Origin: an uncultured Methanosarcinales archaeon
GTDB lineage: Archaea; Nanobdellota; Nanobdellia; Woesearchaeales; GW2011-AR9
NCBI GenBank assembly: GCA_964552945.1
Contig: CAZKIP010000002.1
Span: 136,990-200,989, forward strand
Direction of reading: 5' to 3'
DNA: 64,000 nt
Shown: piece after piece, positions 19,326 to 28,819 of the stretch
How positions within the stretch are numbered: the first letter of the stretch is position 1
How the letters are laid out: every line of letters starts with the position of its first letter
Notes under the pieces: generated by a model
What the model was told of the DNA's origin: nothing
Seen by the model: only the letters and a program-made list of their open reading frames with translations
Databases searched by the model: none
Made by a program: the position numbers and the translations under genes

Positions 19326-20489
19326 TTAACCAAAAGTAAAAGTATAAACCATCACACCCTCTGGAACCAATAATTCTAATGTGTGAGGAGCATAGTCATC
19401 TCCCTGAATAATTTCATAAAGATCAAAATCAGAAATTGTCTGTCTACCAACTTCCTTACCATCAATTTTGACAATTATTTCTTTCTCTGTAGAAGAGCCA
19501 GCCACTAAATTGACATCTTTTGCACCATATTTCAAAAAAATCTTTCCGGTCTTACTTTTTAATTCCATACCATCTTTATTATTTTTCCAACTCCCTTCAA
19601 GATAGAATTTATCATCTAACAGCTCAGAAGGTAATTCATAACTAACCATAATTTCAGGTTTCCATCCTTCCGTGTTCCCCATTTGCCCTCTCTCAAAACC
19701 ATAACCAAAATATATCTCAGGTGTTCTTGTAGCTAAGACAAAGTTATCCAAAAATGGTTCTGATATATTTTCAGAAATTGATCTCTTCAATCCAAGAACA
19801 TCATTTTTTTCTTCTAACAACTCAATGATTCTTCGTTCAGTTTCTACGTAACCACCTTCTCCAATGTGATCATAAACAATGAAACCATCAATATCAATTA
19901 AATATTTCCGTGGCCAATATCTGTTTTTATATGCACTCCAAGTTTGATAATCGTTGTCCTGGACAACTGGATACTTTATACCCCATTTTTCAGTGGCTTT
20001 AACAACATTATCATATTTTTCTTCAAAACCAAATTCAGGTGTATGAACACCAATTATAACAAAACCATCATCTTTATATTTATCATACCAGCTTATGAGG
20101 TGGGGAAAGGTTCTTTGACAATTTATACAACTATATGTCCAGAAATCTACAAGAATTATTTTTTTTCCAATATTATCAGTGAGAGTTATATTATTAACAT
20201 TAATATATCCTTCAGGAGAGACCAATTCCTTGGCTCTGAGATAATTTCTTGCCTTGGATTTGATTCTTTTGAGGTCATTCTCAGTTAATTCATTTAGTTT
20301 AGTAGATTCAGATAATGTCTTAATCTGTTCAGCAGTTTTAACATCATGTTTTTCCAAAGGTAATGATTCCTTAACGATGTCCACATTATCACTAACATCA
20401 GAGATGTCTGGTTTTTGTTGTTCAAAATAGAAAATTGTTCCCGCAATAACGACCAAAGCAATTATTAAAATTATATATCTATTTTCCAT
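19326..20489 (-). CDS. membrane-anchored DipZ/TlpA-like redoxin
   Basis: N-terminal TM helix, DFWTYSCINC, GVHTPEF, NRYWP, GEGGY, TPEIYFG and C-terminal YTFTFG. Confidence 0.92.
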   Translation of the reverse strand: MENRYIILIIALVVIAGTIFYFEQQKPDISDVSDNVDIVKESLPLEKHDVKTAEQIKTLSESTKLNELTENDLKRIKSKARNYLRAKELVSPEGYINVNNITLTDNIGKKIILVDFWTYSCINCQRTFPHLISWYDKYKDDGFVIIGVHTPEFGFEEKYDNVVKATEKWGIKYPVVQDNDYQTWSAYKNRYWPRKYLIDIDGFIVYDHIGEGGYVETERRIIELLEEKNDVLGLKRSISENISEPFLDNFVLATRTPEIYFGYGFERGQMGNTEGWKPEIMVSYELPSELLDDKFYLEGSWKNNKDGMELKSKTGKIFLKYGAKDVNLVAGSSTEKEIIVKIDGKEVGRQTISDFDLYEIIQGDDYAPHTLELLVPEGVMVYTFTFG

Positions 20490-21228
20490 TTTTCAAAGAT
20501 ATTGATGATAAGTAAACTAAAAATCCAGGAATTAAGGGAAGAACGCAGGGACTTAAGAATGATATTAACCCAGCAAGGAAGGCAACACCTAAATTTAAAA
20601 AGCTAAAGGCCATTACATCGGCACCACCTACAGATAAAGATACAGAACTAAATATTTCTGCAACAATTTCTAAATTAGCTAGTTTATTTAATTGGTTAAC
20701 AAAAATTAGAATTCCGATTAAAATAAGTAATATACCAAAGAAAATTTGCAAATATCTTATCCATTTACCACTTTTCTTAACTAATTTTTGTGCTTGCTCA
20801 GCAAACAATCCAACCAATAAGAAAGGGATTCCTAAACCTAAAGTATAACTAACAAGTAAGATGAAGGCACTTGAAGCTTTAGTGGCTGCTAACGCCAGTA
20901 TTGCACCAAGAGCTGCTGTTACACATGGTGTCCAACCAATTGCAAAAGCTGCACCAAAAACAAATGAAGTGACATAGGATGATTTAAATTTTCTTTTTAC
21001 AGTTAATTTGTGTTCTCTTTCTAAAAATTTAGGTTTTATTAACCCAACAATGTACAATCCAAAGAAAATGATTATGATTCCTCCAATTCTTCCTAACCAA
21101 GTCTGAACCGTATACCCTACGTTACTTAGGATTGTTTGCAATAAAACTCCAACTAATGAAAATATCAATGAGAATCCCAGAACAAAAAAAATGCTACACT
21201 TGAATGTTTGTGTATTTACCTTCACCAT
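20479..21228 (-). CDS. ccdA: CcdA/DsbD-family transmembrane electron transporter, circularly permuted
   Basis: GWTPC motif central; FLAGLISFLSPCVLPLIPG (normally TM1) at the C-terminus. Confidence 0.9.
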   Translation of the reverse strand: MVKVNTQTFKCSIFFVLGFSLIFSLVGVLLQTILSNVGYTVQTWLGRIGGIIIIFFGLYIVGLIKPKFLEREHKLTVKRKFKSSYVTSFVFGAAFAIGWTPCVTAALGAILALAATKASSAFILLVSYTLGLGIPFLLVGLFAEQAQKLVKKSGKWIRYLQIFFGILLILIGILIFVNQLNKLANLEIVAEIFSSVSLSVGGADVMAFSFLNLGVAFLAGLISFLSPCVLPLIPGFLVYLSSISLKNGK

Positions 21229-21320
21229 AATATAAGAATACTTTATTTATTTATTAATATTTGTTTTTCTATTTAATATAATACCATAACCATTATAAGC
21301 TAAATAGGAACAAACTAACC

Positions 21321-21968
21321 ATGGATTTCGCAGCATTCTTAGAAAAACAAGAAAGTATCTACAACAAGTTTAGAGATACTTCTAAAATTAATGCAGAAGG
21401 TGTCAAAGCATCCGTTCCAAATCAAGGAGGTTATTTAATAGCTTTTAGACATCCAGAAAAAATAACTGATGCTTTAGGAGAGTTTTCACATCAAGTTTCT
21501 AGAATCACACCTGCAATAGTTTACAACGAAAGTAATGGCCACACAACCCTCTCTGATTATCAATTGCAAGAAGGATTTACTCCAGATAATCAAACTTTAG
21601 ACAAGCTTTCTAGAATAGTACATGCAAATCTTCGTTCAATGGAAAAAGTGAAAATTGATTATAATGTATGGTTAGTAAATCAAAGCAGTGTTATTGCTGC
21701 AGGGCTACCTAATGAAGCATTTCTTGATGCTGCAAAAAAAATTGTTGGTCATGCAAGTAAGAATGATGTTGAGTTACGCTTGCCTTGGGGAGCTCATATT
21801 ACAACTAGTCGATTTTCTGAAGCACAAAAGGATGTTGCAGATTTATTAGCTTATGTTAGAACAGGTAAACCTTTGGGAACGAGTTCACCAGAATACATAG
21901 ATGTGGGACATTTTACATTCTCACCTCAGGGATTTGAGTTACATACTCATGAAAGGTTTGAATTATAA
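21321..21968 (+). CDS. 2H phosphoesterase family protein
   Basis: Two HxT motifs (GHTTL, AHITT) about 85 aa apart. Confidence 0.75.
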   Translation: MDFAAFLEKQESIYNKFRDTSKINAEGVKASVPNQGGYLIAFRHPEKITDALGEFSHQVSRITPAIVYNESNGHTTLSDYQLQEGFTPDNQTLDKLSRIVHANLRSMEKVKIDYNVWLVNQSSVIAAGLPNEAFLDAAKKIVGHASKNDVELRLPWGAHITTSRFSEAQKDVADLLAYVRTGKPLGTSSPEYIDVGHFTFSPQGFELHTHERFEL

Positions 21969-21978
21969 TTCTAGATAA

Positions 21979-23328
21979 TTATTCACACAAACAAAACATG
22001 TGTTCTCTGAAATAATTCATCATTCGAGGAAATTTGTTAATCTTCTCAAAAGTTAGTTTATGACTTTTTACTAACTTCTTAACCTCTTCTTGAGGTAATC
22101 CATAACTTAATTCATAACTTATTTTCGGATCTAATAAAGTTCTTTTTTGTTCAATAACTTTTGTTATTCCAAACTTCTCAGGATTGTTGTAAATAGTTGT
22201 TCCTTGCTGTAAGCCAAAAATGGATGTTGAAATTAAATCAATATTTTCCTCATTTCTTTTAAGAAATTCAATAGTTTGCATAAATTCTTCCTTAGTTTCA
22301 GAAGGAAATCCAAACATGATATAAACCACATTTTTTATCCCTGCTAAATGTGAATCTCTCAGAACATTCTCAACATCTTTACTAATGGTACCTTTCTGCA
22401 TCAACTTTAATATCCTATCACTTCCAGATTCAACTCCCCAAATAACCATTGTTAATCCAGATTCAAATAATACTTCAAATAGCTCTGAAGTAAAATTAAA
22501 AGTTGGTTTCAATTGACAGGTCCATTTAACGTTCAATGGTTTCATTATTTTTGCTATTTCTAAGAGTCTTTTTACAGGAATCATATCGTCAATAAGAAAG
22601 AAATGTTTTGCAGACGAAGCAGAGATAGTTTTTTCAATCAAATCTAAAGGAAATTCATAATATTTCGCTTTACTAAAATGAGTACAAAAGGTACATTTTT
22701 TGTAATAACAAGTGTTTGAAGTCCTTATTGGAATCACAGGATAAGGCGTGAAGTACTCATTAAGATTATATATTGAAAAATCAGGAATTGTATTAAAATC
22801 AACTCTATCATGTTCAATGTTCTCACCTTTTATGTAATTCAGTAGCTCAATCTCATTGTTTAATGTTATATCTGCAAGAGCTGACAACTTTTCATTTACT
22901 GCAGGCCCTCCAATGATTGTTACAACATCCTGCAATTCTTTTATCAATGCATTAGCATAAAATACTTGGCTAGAATAGACAATACTGAAAGCTACAATAT
23001 CTGCATCAAAATCTTTTATTTTTTTCAACAATTCGTTAAAGTATTCAGGTTTCTCAGAATGGATAACTTTTTTATTGTTTTTAGAATAAGTTTGAGAGGA
23101 TAATTTGTGATACTCATTGACAACATCATTATAATTCTCCCACCTCTCAACATCATTGAAATAATTTTGATATTTTGAAAATTTTAATTTGTGAAATTCT
23201 ATATTCAAATCTAATACTTCAACATCTAAATCGCAATTACCTTTCAAGAAAGAATGAAGATGAGTCAATGAATAAGGTGGTGATGCTGGTGTACAAAAAG
23301 GCAGATATACTAATAAGATTTTTTTCAT
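21979..23328 (-). CDS. B12-binding radical SAM protein (class B-like)
   Basis: N-terminal cobalamin-binding-like domain, CYYKKCTFC, GVESGSDRILKLMQKG, MFGFPSET. Confidence 0.9.
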   Translation of the reverse strand: MKKILLVYLPFCTPASPPYSLTHLHSFLKGNCDLDVEVLDLNIEFHKLKFSKYQNYFNDVERWENYNDVVNEYHKLSSQTYSKNNKKVIHSEKPEYFNELLKKIKDFDADIVAFSIVYSSQVFYANALIKELQDVVTIIGGPAVNEKLSALADITLNNEIELLNYIKGENIEHDRVDFNTIPDFSIYNLNEYFTPYPVIPIRTSNTCYYKKCTFCTHFSKAKYYEFPLDLIEKTISASSAKHFFLIDDMIPVKRLLEIAKIMKPLNVKWTCQLKPTFNFTSELFEVLFESGLTMVIWGVESGSDRILKLMQKGTISKDVENVLRDSHLAGIKNVVYIMFGFPSETKEEFMQTIEFLKRNEENIDLISTSIFGLQQGTTIYNNPEKFGITKVIEQKRTLLDPKISYELSYGLPQEEVKKLVKSHKLTFEKINKFPRMMNYFREHMFCLCE

Positions 23329-23341
23329 GTTTAATATTAAA

Positions 23342-23881
23342 TTATTCTAATTCTCGTTTTAGCATTTTGTGAGCATTATTAATTTCCTTAAACTTTTCTA
23401 AATTCCCACCATAAACATCTGGATGAAATTCCTTTGCAAGAACCTTATATTTTTTATTTATTTCATCAATGTCTAATGAATCTTCATTTACACCAAGAAG
23501 AGCTCTTGCCCTTTTTCTATTTTTTTCAATGTCATCATCTTCAGAAAATTTTCTTGTAAATTCGTCAATACTTATTTCTTCATTAATGAATGCATTTACA
23601 TAAAAATTAATTACTTTAGATACCACATACAAATTTTCAACAAATTTATCATACATTTTGTAACTGAAATACAATTTATACCCATCAAAATACCATTCAG
23701 CAATTCCTGGAGAGTTGATTCGACAATTTCCTTCTAATGGGATTTCAACATCATCTTCAGTCAAATTGATCTTTCTGAGAGATGCAATGATGTTATTTCT
23801 CACCTGTTGAGCCCTTCTGTTATAGGAATCTCTAATTGGATTAAAATTAAATTCAGCTCCCCTTACCTTAATTCTTGGCAT
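23342..23881 (-). CDS. C-terminal J-domain (DnaJ-like) protein
   Basis: LLGV ... INKKYKVLAKEFHPD ... FKEINNAH. Confidence 0.88.
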   Translation of the reverse strand: MPRIKVRGAEFNFNPIRDSYNRRAQQVRNNIIASLRKINLTEDDVEIPLEGNCRINSPGIAEWYFDGYKLYFSYKMYDKFVENLYVVSKVINFYVNAFINEEISIDEFTRKFSEDDDIEKNRKRARALLGVNEDSLDIDEINKKYKVLAKEFHPDVYGGNLEKFKEINNAHKMLKRELE

Positions 23882-23991
23882 TTTAAGCTGAATTTCTATT
23901 TTGTTTATAAATGTTCATGAAATATTAAAGGGAAAAAAATCATTTAAACAAAAGGAACATATTTATAACAAAACTCAATTATTTGAATAAA

Positions 23992-25089
23992 ATGGGAAAA
24001 TTTGCTAAATTGGGACTAAAGAAAGAAATTTTAGACGTTTTATCTAGATTGAAATTCAATGAGTCATTTGAAGTTCAGGATACCATCGTACCTTTAGCAA
24101 TTCAAGGAAAAAATATTGTCTTCACTTCAAGAACTGGAAGTGGAAAAACTCTTGCATACCTACTTGGTTATTTAGGTAAAATTAACAAGAAACATGGTCT
24201 ACAAATGGTAATTCTTGTCCCTACAAGAGAACTTTGTATTCAAGTTGGTAAAGAAATCAAAAAAATCTGTGATTTATTAGACATCAATGTGGGAATGTTA
24301 TATGGAGGCAGAGAGATTTCTGGTGATTATAGAACTATAAAGAAAAAAAACCATATAATTGTTGGGACTCCTGGAAGACTTCTTCAACATGTCAATAAAA
24401 AATCAATTAAAGTAGGGGAGGTTAAGTATCTGGTTTTTGATGAATCCGATCAAATGTTCGACCATGGTTTTTACTATAAATGTGCTTATATGAAAGAAAG
24501 AGCAAGCAAAAATGCTCAAATAATCTTATCTTCAGCAACAATTACTGATAAAGTTAAACAATTTATTGAAGAGGAGATTATCGATTATGAATTGCTAAAC
24601 ATTGGAGAGTTAATTCCAAAAAACATTGTTCAAGAGAAGTTATATTGTGAAAAAGCTGATAAAAATAAGCTCTTGCTTAAACTATTCTCAAAAAAGAAAT
24701 TTAAACGAGCGATGATATTTTGTAATACCAAAGTAAAATCCTATGATATAACTGAATTTTTACAAGATCATAAATACAAAGCTAAATTGTTAAATAGTGA
24801 TTTAAATCAAGATGAAAGGTTAGCAAATCTTAACTTGTTCAAGAGTGGAAAACTTAAAATTCTTGTGACCACAGACGTTGCAGCCCGTGGGTTACATATT
24901 GAAAAAGTTGATATTATTGTAAACTATGATGTTCCTACAAGAGATGAGTTCTATGTACATCGAATTGGAAGGACGGGAAGAGTTGACAAAAAAGGTTATT
25001 CTATGACCTTCATCTGTCCTGAGGATGTAGATAGATTTGCCAATCTTGAGATAGAATATGAATTAAAAGTTGCCGAAATACCAAATTAA
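23992..25089 (+). CDS. DEAD-box RNA helicase (DESD variant)
   Basis: Q motif, TGSGKT, PTREL, GTPGR, DESD, SAT, TDVAARG, HRIGRTGR. Confidence 0.95.
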   Translation: MGKFAKLGLKKEILDVLSRLKFNESFEVQDTIVPLAIQGKNIVFTSRTGSGKTLAYLLGYLGKINKKHGLQMVILVPTRELCIQVGKEIKKICDLLDINVGMLYGGREISGDYRTIKKKNHIIVGTPGRLLQHVNKKSIKVGEVKYLVFDESDQMFDHGFYYKCAYMKERASKNAQIILSSATITDKVKQFIEEEIIDYELLNIGELIPKNIVQEKLYCEKADKNKLLLKLFSKKKFKRAMIFCNTKVKSYDITEFLQDHKYKAKLLNSDLNQDERLANLNLFKSGKLKILVTTDVAARGLHIEKVDIIVNYDVPTRDEFYVHRIGRTGRVDKKGYSMTFICPEDVDRFANLEIEYELKVAEIPN

Positions 25090-25130
25090 GACGTTTTCTC
25101 AAGATAACCTTATAAACAAATCTATTTTTT

Positions 25131-25535
25131 ATGAAATTTATGGCTAAATTCGATCGTTCAAAAATTGGAACTCCTAGAAGAGACAGAAGGAATAAAAGTT
25201 CTAGTGATAGGCATAGAAGAAGATCAAATGATAGGGATTCTGATAGAGGTGGAAGATCTAGAGACAGAGGAGGATTTCGTAGTGGTGGATTTAGAGATAG
25301 AGATTCTGGTCGTGATCGAAGGTCTAGCCGTGAATTAGTTAAAACTAAAGTAACATGTGATTCTTGTAGTAAAGAATGTGAGGTTCCATTCAAACCAACT
25401 AGTTCAAAACCAGTTTACTGTGATGCTTGTTATAAAAAGAACGATAAAGGAAGTTCTGGTAAACGTTCTTCAGGTGATTTAGATTTAGTCCTTGAAAAAC
25501 TTGATAAGATTATGAAAGCTTTAGAAATTAAATAA
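25131..25535 (+). CDS. CxxC-x17-CxxC zinc-ribbon protein with an R/G/D/S-rich N-terminus
   Basis: CDSC-SKECEVPFKPTSSKPVY-CDAC. Confidence 0.88.
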   Translation: MKFMAKFDRSKIGTPRRDRRNKSSSDRHRRRSNDRDSDRGGRSRDRGGFRSGGFRDRDSGRDRRSSRELVKTKVTCDSCSKECEVPFKPTSSKPVYCDACYKKNDKGSSGKRSSGDLDLVLEKLDKIMKALEIK

Positions 25536-25551
25536 TGCTTATTCAATATTG

Positions 25552-26001
25552 TTACATTATCACAAATTCTGTTTTAATCTGTTTAAGTGATGTCAATGAG
25601 ACTATTTTATCAATTCCCTTTCTTGAAATAACATTCTTTAGAAAACTATAATATGATTCCATATTTTTTGTTCTGACCTTAATAATCATTTCCCAATTAC
25701 CAGTACACACATCCACACTTTCAATCTCATCATGTTTAGCTAATTCATTACCAATTCTCTCTGGATCTCCATATTCGTCTGAAGATAACCTAATCAAAAC
25801 ATGTGTACAAAATCCCTCATCAATTTTCTTATAATCAAAAATTGCCTTGTATGCTTTAATAGCCCCTTCTTTCTCTAATTTTTTGATATTGTAATGAATT
25901 GTTGTAGAGGGTTCTTTGAGCTTTTTTGCTATTCTAGAGATTTGGGGAGTACAATATCCTTGCTTGAACAACGAAACAAGTTTAGCCTTTATGTTTTTCA
26001 T
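25552..26001 (-). CDS. Lrp/AsnC family regulator
   Basis: N-terminal HTH (ISRIAKKL ... IKKLEKEGAI) and RAM domain (TGNWEMIIKV). Confidence 0.9.
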   Translation of the reverse strand: MKNIKAKLVSLFKQGYCTPQISRIAKKLKEPSTTIHYNIKKLEKEGAIKAYKAIFDYKKIDEGFCTHVLIRLSSDEYGDPERIGNELAKHDEIESVDVCTGNWEMIIKVRTKNMESYYSFLKNVISRKGIDKIVSLTSLKQIKTEFVIM

Positions 26002-26095
26002 AAAGTTGAATAATATCCCACTTTATATAAATCTTTTGACAATTTATCGAATATTCTGCAAGAAAGTATATTAACGATAAGGTAATATAGAATAC

Positions 26096-26788
26096 ATGCC
26101 AAATATTAATCTGACAACTGATGAAGAAATTCATAATGAAATGGCACTCACTAGAGAGAACAAAAACATCCATCCTTCACTTGAAACTGAAAAAATGAGT
26201 GAAAGAAAGCTAGTGTGGCCTGAATTTGATTTTACTATAGATGACAAATTTGAAATTATAAACTTAAATAGATCAAATTTAGATTTGATTGAAAAAACTG
26301 CTTGGATATATCGTCTAGGATTTCCTGAACTATTTTGTGGAGTTTATGAAGATTTACATTTCCCTCAAAGATATGCAAATCTGCTGGGAGAAAAAAAAAT
26401 AATGGCACTCAAAAACATGCAAAATGGTGATGTTGCTTCAGCATGGTGCTTGTCACCAAGCGATCTGAACATGAGTGTTGAGTTTTCATTAACTGTCACA
26501 AACCCTGAATACCGAGGACAGGGATTATGTAGAAAATTCACCAAAATAATTGACAAAGTAGTTGAAAAAGCAGGTACAGAATTAGGTATTGTTTATTGTG
26601 CGACTTTTCATACTGCAACACAAAAAATATTTACTGAAGTTGGATTTGAAATGCAAGCTTTACTCAGAGGTTTTGTAGTTGCAAATGCAGGAGATGGAAA
26701 GTATGCAAGAGACAATGTAGTATTGTACACAAAATTATACAATCAAGCTGATAGATTATGCCCTCAAAGAATTGAATTAATGAAGTAA
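26096..26788 (+). CDS. GNAT family acetyltransferase
   Basis: VTNPEYRGQGL motif A, then TQKIFTEVGF. Confidence 0.85.
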   Translation: MPNINLTTDEEIHNEMALTRENKNIHPSLETEKMSERKLVWPEFDFTIDDKFEIINLNRSNLDLIEKTAWIYRLGFPELFCGVYEDLHFPQRYANLLGEKKIMALKNMQNGDVASAWCLSPSDLNMSVEFSLTVTNPEYRGQGLCRKFTKIIDKVVEKAGTELGIVYCATFHTATQKIFTEVGFEMQALLRGFVVANAGDGKYARDNVVLYTKLYNQADRLCPQRIELMK

Positions 26789-26842
26789 AATATGGAGCGA
26801 AAAAAATGAACCAAAATGAAATAGAGGCTAAGGCACGGAATA

Positions 26843-27700
26843 GTGCTGGTCGCCGGTATCAAAACAAAAGAAGAGTTAGTAAAACTAATCAATAGAGAAC
26901 CATTGATTGATGCTTCAGCATCATCAGAAGGCATTTCTTCCATAGATGAAGTCAAGGCATTGTATTTTGGAGTAGGTATTTGCAATGGAGTTCCATTACT
27001 TAGCCGTGGACTTCCAGTCGATGTTTTAAGCATGATTCTCACTGCCGAGCAATTAGATGTTCCAAAAAATTTCTTAATTGCAGACACTCATGCATTAAGC
27101 AACAATTTTTCTCAACATGAAGTTGACATAGTTGCAGGATGCTACCAAGAAAAAATTCAAAGAGCCATTGAAAACATGGGTCTAAAAAATTGGGAAATTG
27201 TGCTTGCTTCTCAAATAGACAAAAGCAAACAATACTTAGATCTCTTGAGTTCTGTACAAGGCTCGCATGAATACATTAGAAGAGAATTAGCAGATATGCT
27301 TTGGTTTGTTAATGAAAAAAAGGTCAATTTGAAAGTTGGTTGGGCTCTCAAAGGAAGTAAGAACTCTGATGAGAAATCATTTGACAAAAAATTTCAAGAA
27401 CAATTTGATGAAAAACTTGGATTTGTCTACAATGTACCTGGTAGAACATTCAATCCAAGTAGACCAAGAGCTGCACCATATTTCTCTGCGATTAACAGAG
27501 ATAGAATTATGCTTGATTCTGATGAAGATGTAGCTGCAAAACTCTCTTTTGCTCAAGAGATACATGGTAAACATGGAAGAAAACCATACGAAAAATTTCT
27601 TGGCCATTTGGTCAGATTTTACGAAAGGACAAATGGAAAATTGGAGCATGGACCAATATCAGATAGATTGCAGCAAATAATTAGTATATGTACAAAATGA
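26843..27700 (+). CDS. class Ic aaRS (TyrRS/TrpRS)-like Rossmann-fold protein lacking HIGH, KMSKS and the anticodon domain
   Basis: LYFG, LIADTHALSN, ENMGLK-WEIVLASQ, YIRRELAD, KVGW and RIMLDSDEDVAAKL parallel the TyrRS/TrpRS catalytic domain; start codon uncertain. Confidence 0.6.
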   Translation: MLVAGIKTKEELVKLINREPLIDASASSEGISSIDEVKALYFGVGICNGVPLLSRGLPVDVLSMILTAEQLDVPKNFLIADTHALSNNFSQHEVDIVAGCYQEKIQRAIENMGLKNWEIVLASQIDKSKQYLDLLSSVQGSHEYIRRELADMLWFVNEKKVNLKVGWALKGSKNSDEKSFDKKFQEQFDEKLGFVYNVPGRTFNPSRPRAAPYFSAINRDRIMLDSDEDVAAKLSFAQEIHGKHGRKPYEKFLGHLVRFYERTNGKLEHGPISDRLQQIISICTK

Positions 27701-28389
27701 AACATAAAATCATAGGATTGGTTGGAGGATTAGGACCAGAAACCGGATGCATGGTTTGTCTTGATGTAAATATCAAGTTCAAAATGTTTACGAATAGACA
27801 ACCACACATTTTACTAGATAATCTTCCAATTACCCATGAATCTGAAAAAAAGTTGATAGGTGGAGGTCCTTCACAAGAACATCTGAACCTACTGATTAAA
27901 TCAGTAGAAAGATTGAACATGATGGGAGCTAGTTTCATAGCAATTGCATGTAATACAGTTCACATTTTCATAGATGAACTCAGAAGAGATTCATTGGTTC
28001 CTATTTTAAGCATCATTGAAGAAACATCAAAAATATGTGTTGAAATGAAATTGAGTAAAGTTGGCCTCTTGGGTTCTACCAAAACAATTGAAACAGGACT
28101 TCATTCAAAAGAACTCAATAAAAGCAACATAAAAGCAATAATTCCAAATAAAGAAGATCAAGAATTCATCAGTAAATGTATAATCAGAATCATCAACAAA
28201 AAGATTGAGGATGATGACAAAGAAAAAATAATTGAAATAATTAAAAGTCTTCAAAATAATGGTGCCAAAGGAATTATTTTAGGATGTACAGATTTACCAT
28301 TATTGATATCAGAAAATGATTCAGACTTACCAATAATAAATACTACAAAAATATTGGTGAATTCTATCGTTAATAGATTAAAAGAGTGA
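27697..28389 (+). CDS. Asp/Glu racemase family protein
   Basis: IGLVGGLGP, IACNTVH and LGCTDLP (two catalytic Cys); ATGA overlap with the upstream gene. Confidence 0.93.
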   Translation: MKHKIIGLVGGLGPETGCMVCLDVNIKFKMFTNRQPHILLDNLPITHESEKKLIGGGPSQEHLNLLIKSVERLNMMGASFIAIACNTVHIFIDELRRDSLVPILSIIEETSKICVEMKLSKVGLLGSTKTIETGLHSKELNKSNIKAIIPNKEDQEFISKCIIRIINKKIEDDDKEKIIEIIKSLQNNGAKGIILGCTDLPLLISENDSDLPIINTTKILVNSIVNRLKE

Positions 28390-28525
28390 TTAACTATAAA
28401 GAATGTATATTGTGAAATAAAAACGTTAAGTATAAATTTTATGTATTATAAATCAAGAATAAAATTAAAATAAAAAAATAAAAATTTGTTAGAATATTAT
28501 GAATTTAAGTTAGTATGATTTGTAA

Positions 28526-28717
28526 CTATTCTTTCTTAACATTAACTGCTTTTGGACCTCGGTCCCCTTCTTCTACATCAAATGTAACTACATCGTTTTC
28601 ATGTAATGTTACGCCTTGCTCTAAAGCTGATTGGTGTACAAAAATTTCTGATCCATCATCTGCTGCAATGAATCCAAATCCTTTCATTTCGTTAAAAAAT
28701 TTTACTGTTCCTTTCAT
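28526..28717 (-). CDS. cspA: cold-shock protein
   Basis: GTVKFFN, KGFGFI (RNP1), IFVHQS (RNP2), GPKAVNV. Confidence 0.96.
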   Translation of the reverse strand: MKGTVKFFNEMKGFGFIAADDGSEIFVHQSALEQGVTLHENDVVTFDVEEGDRGPKAVNVKKE

Positions 28718-28819
28718 TTTATTTTCTCCAATTTACTCGTATTTATTTCAAAACTTCTTAAAAACTCCTAAAAAGCTCCGATGTACGTCAGAAAAATCCA
28801 CCCTTTTTAAATGCTTCTA

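Noticed and set aside
22680-22715. CX4CX2C instead of CX3CX2C in the radical SAM protein
   Set aside because: This spacing is common among B12-binding radical SAM proteins
26843-27700. Housekeeping TyrRS or TrpRS
   Set aside because: HIGH and KMSKS are absent and there is no anticodon-binding domain
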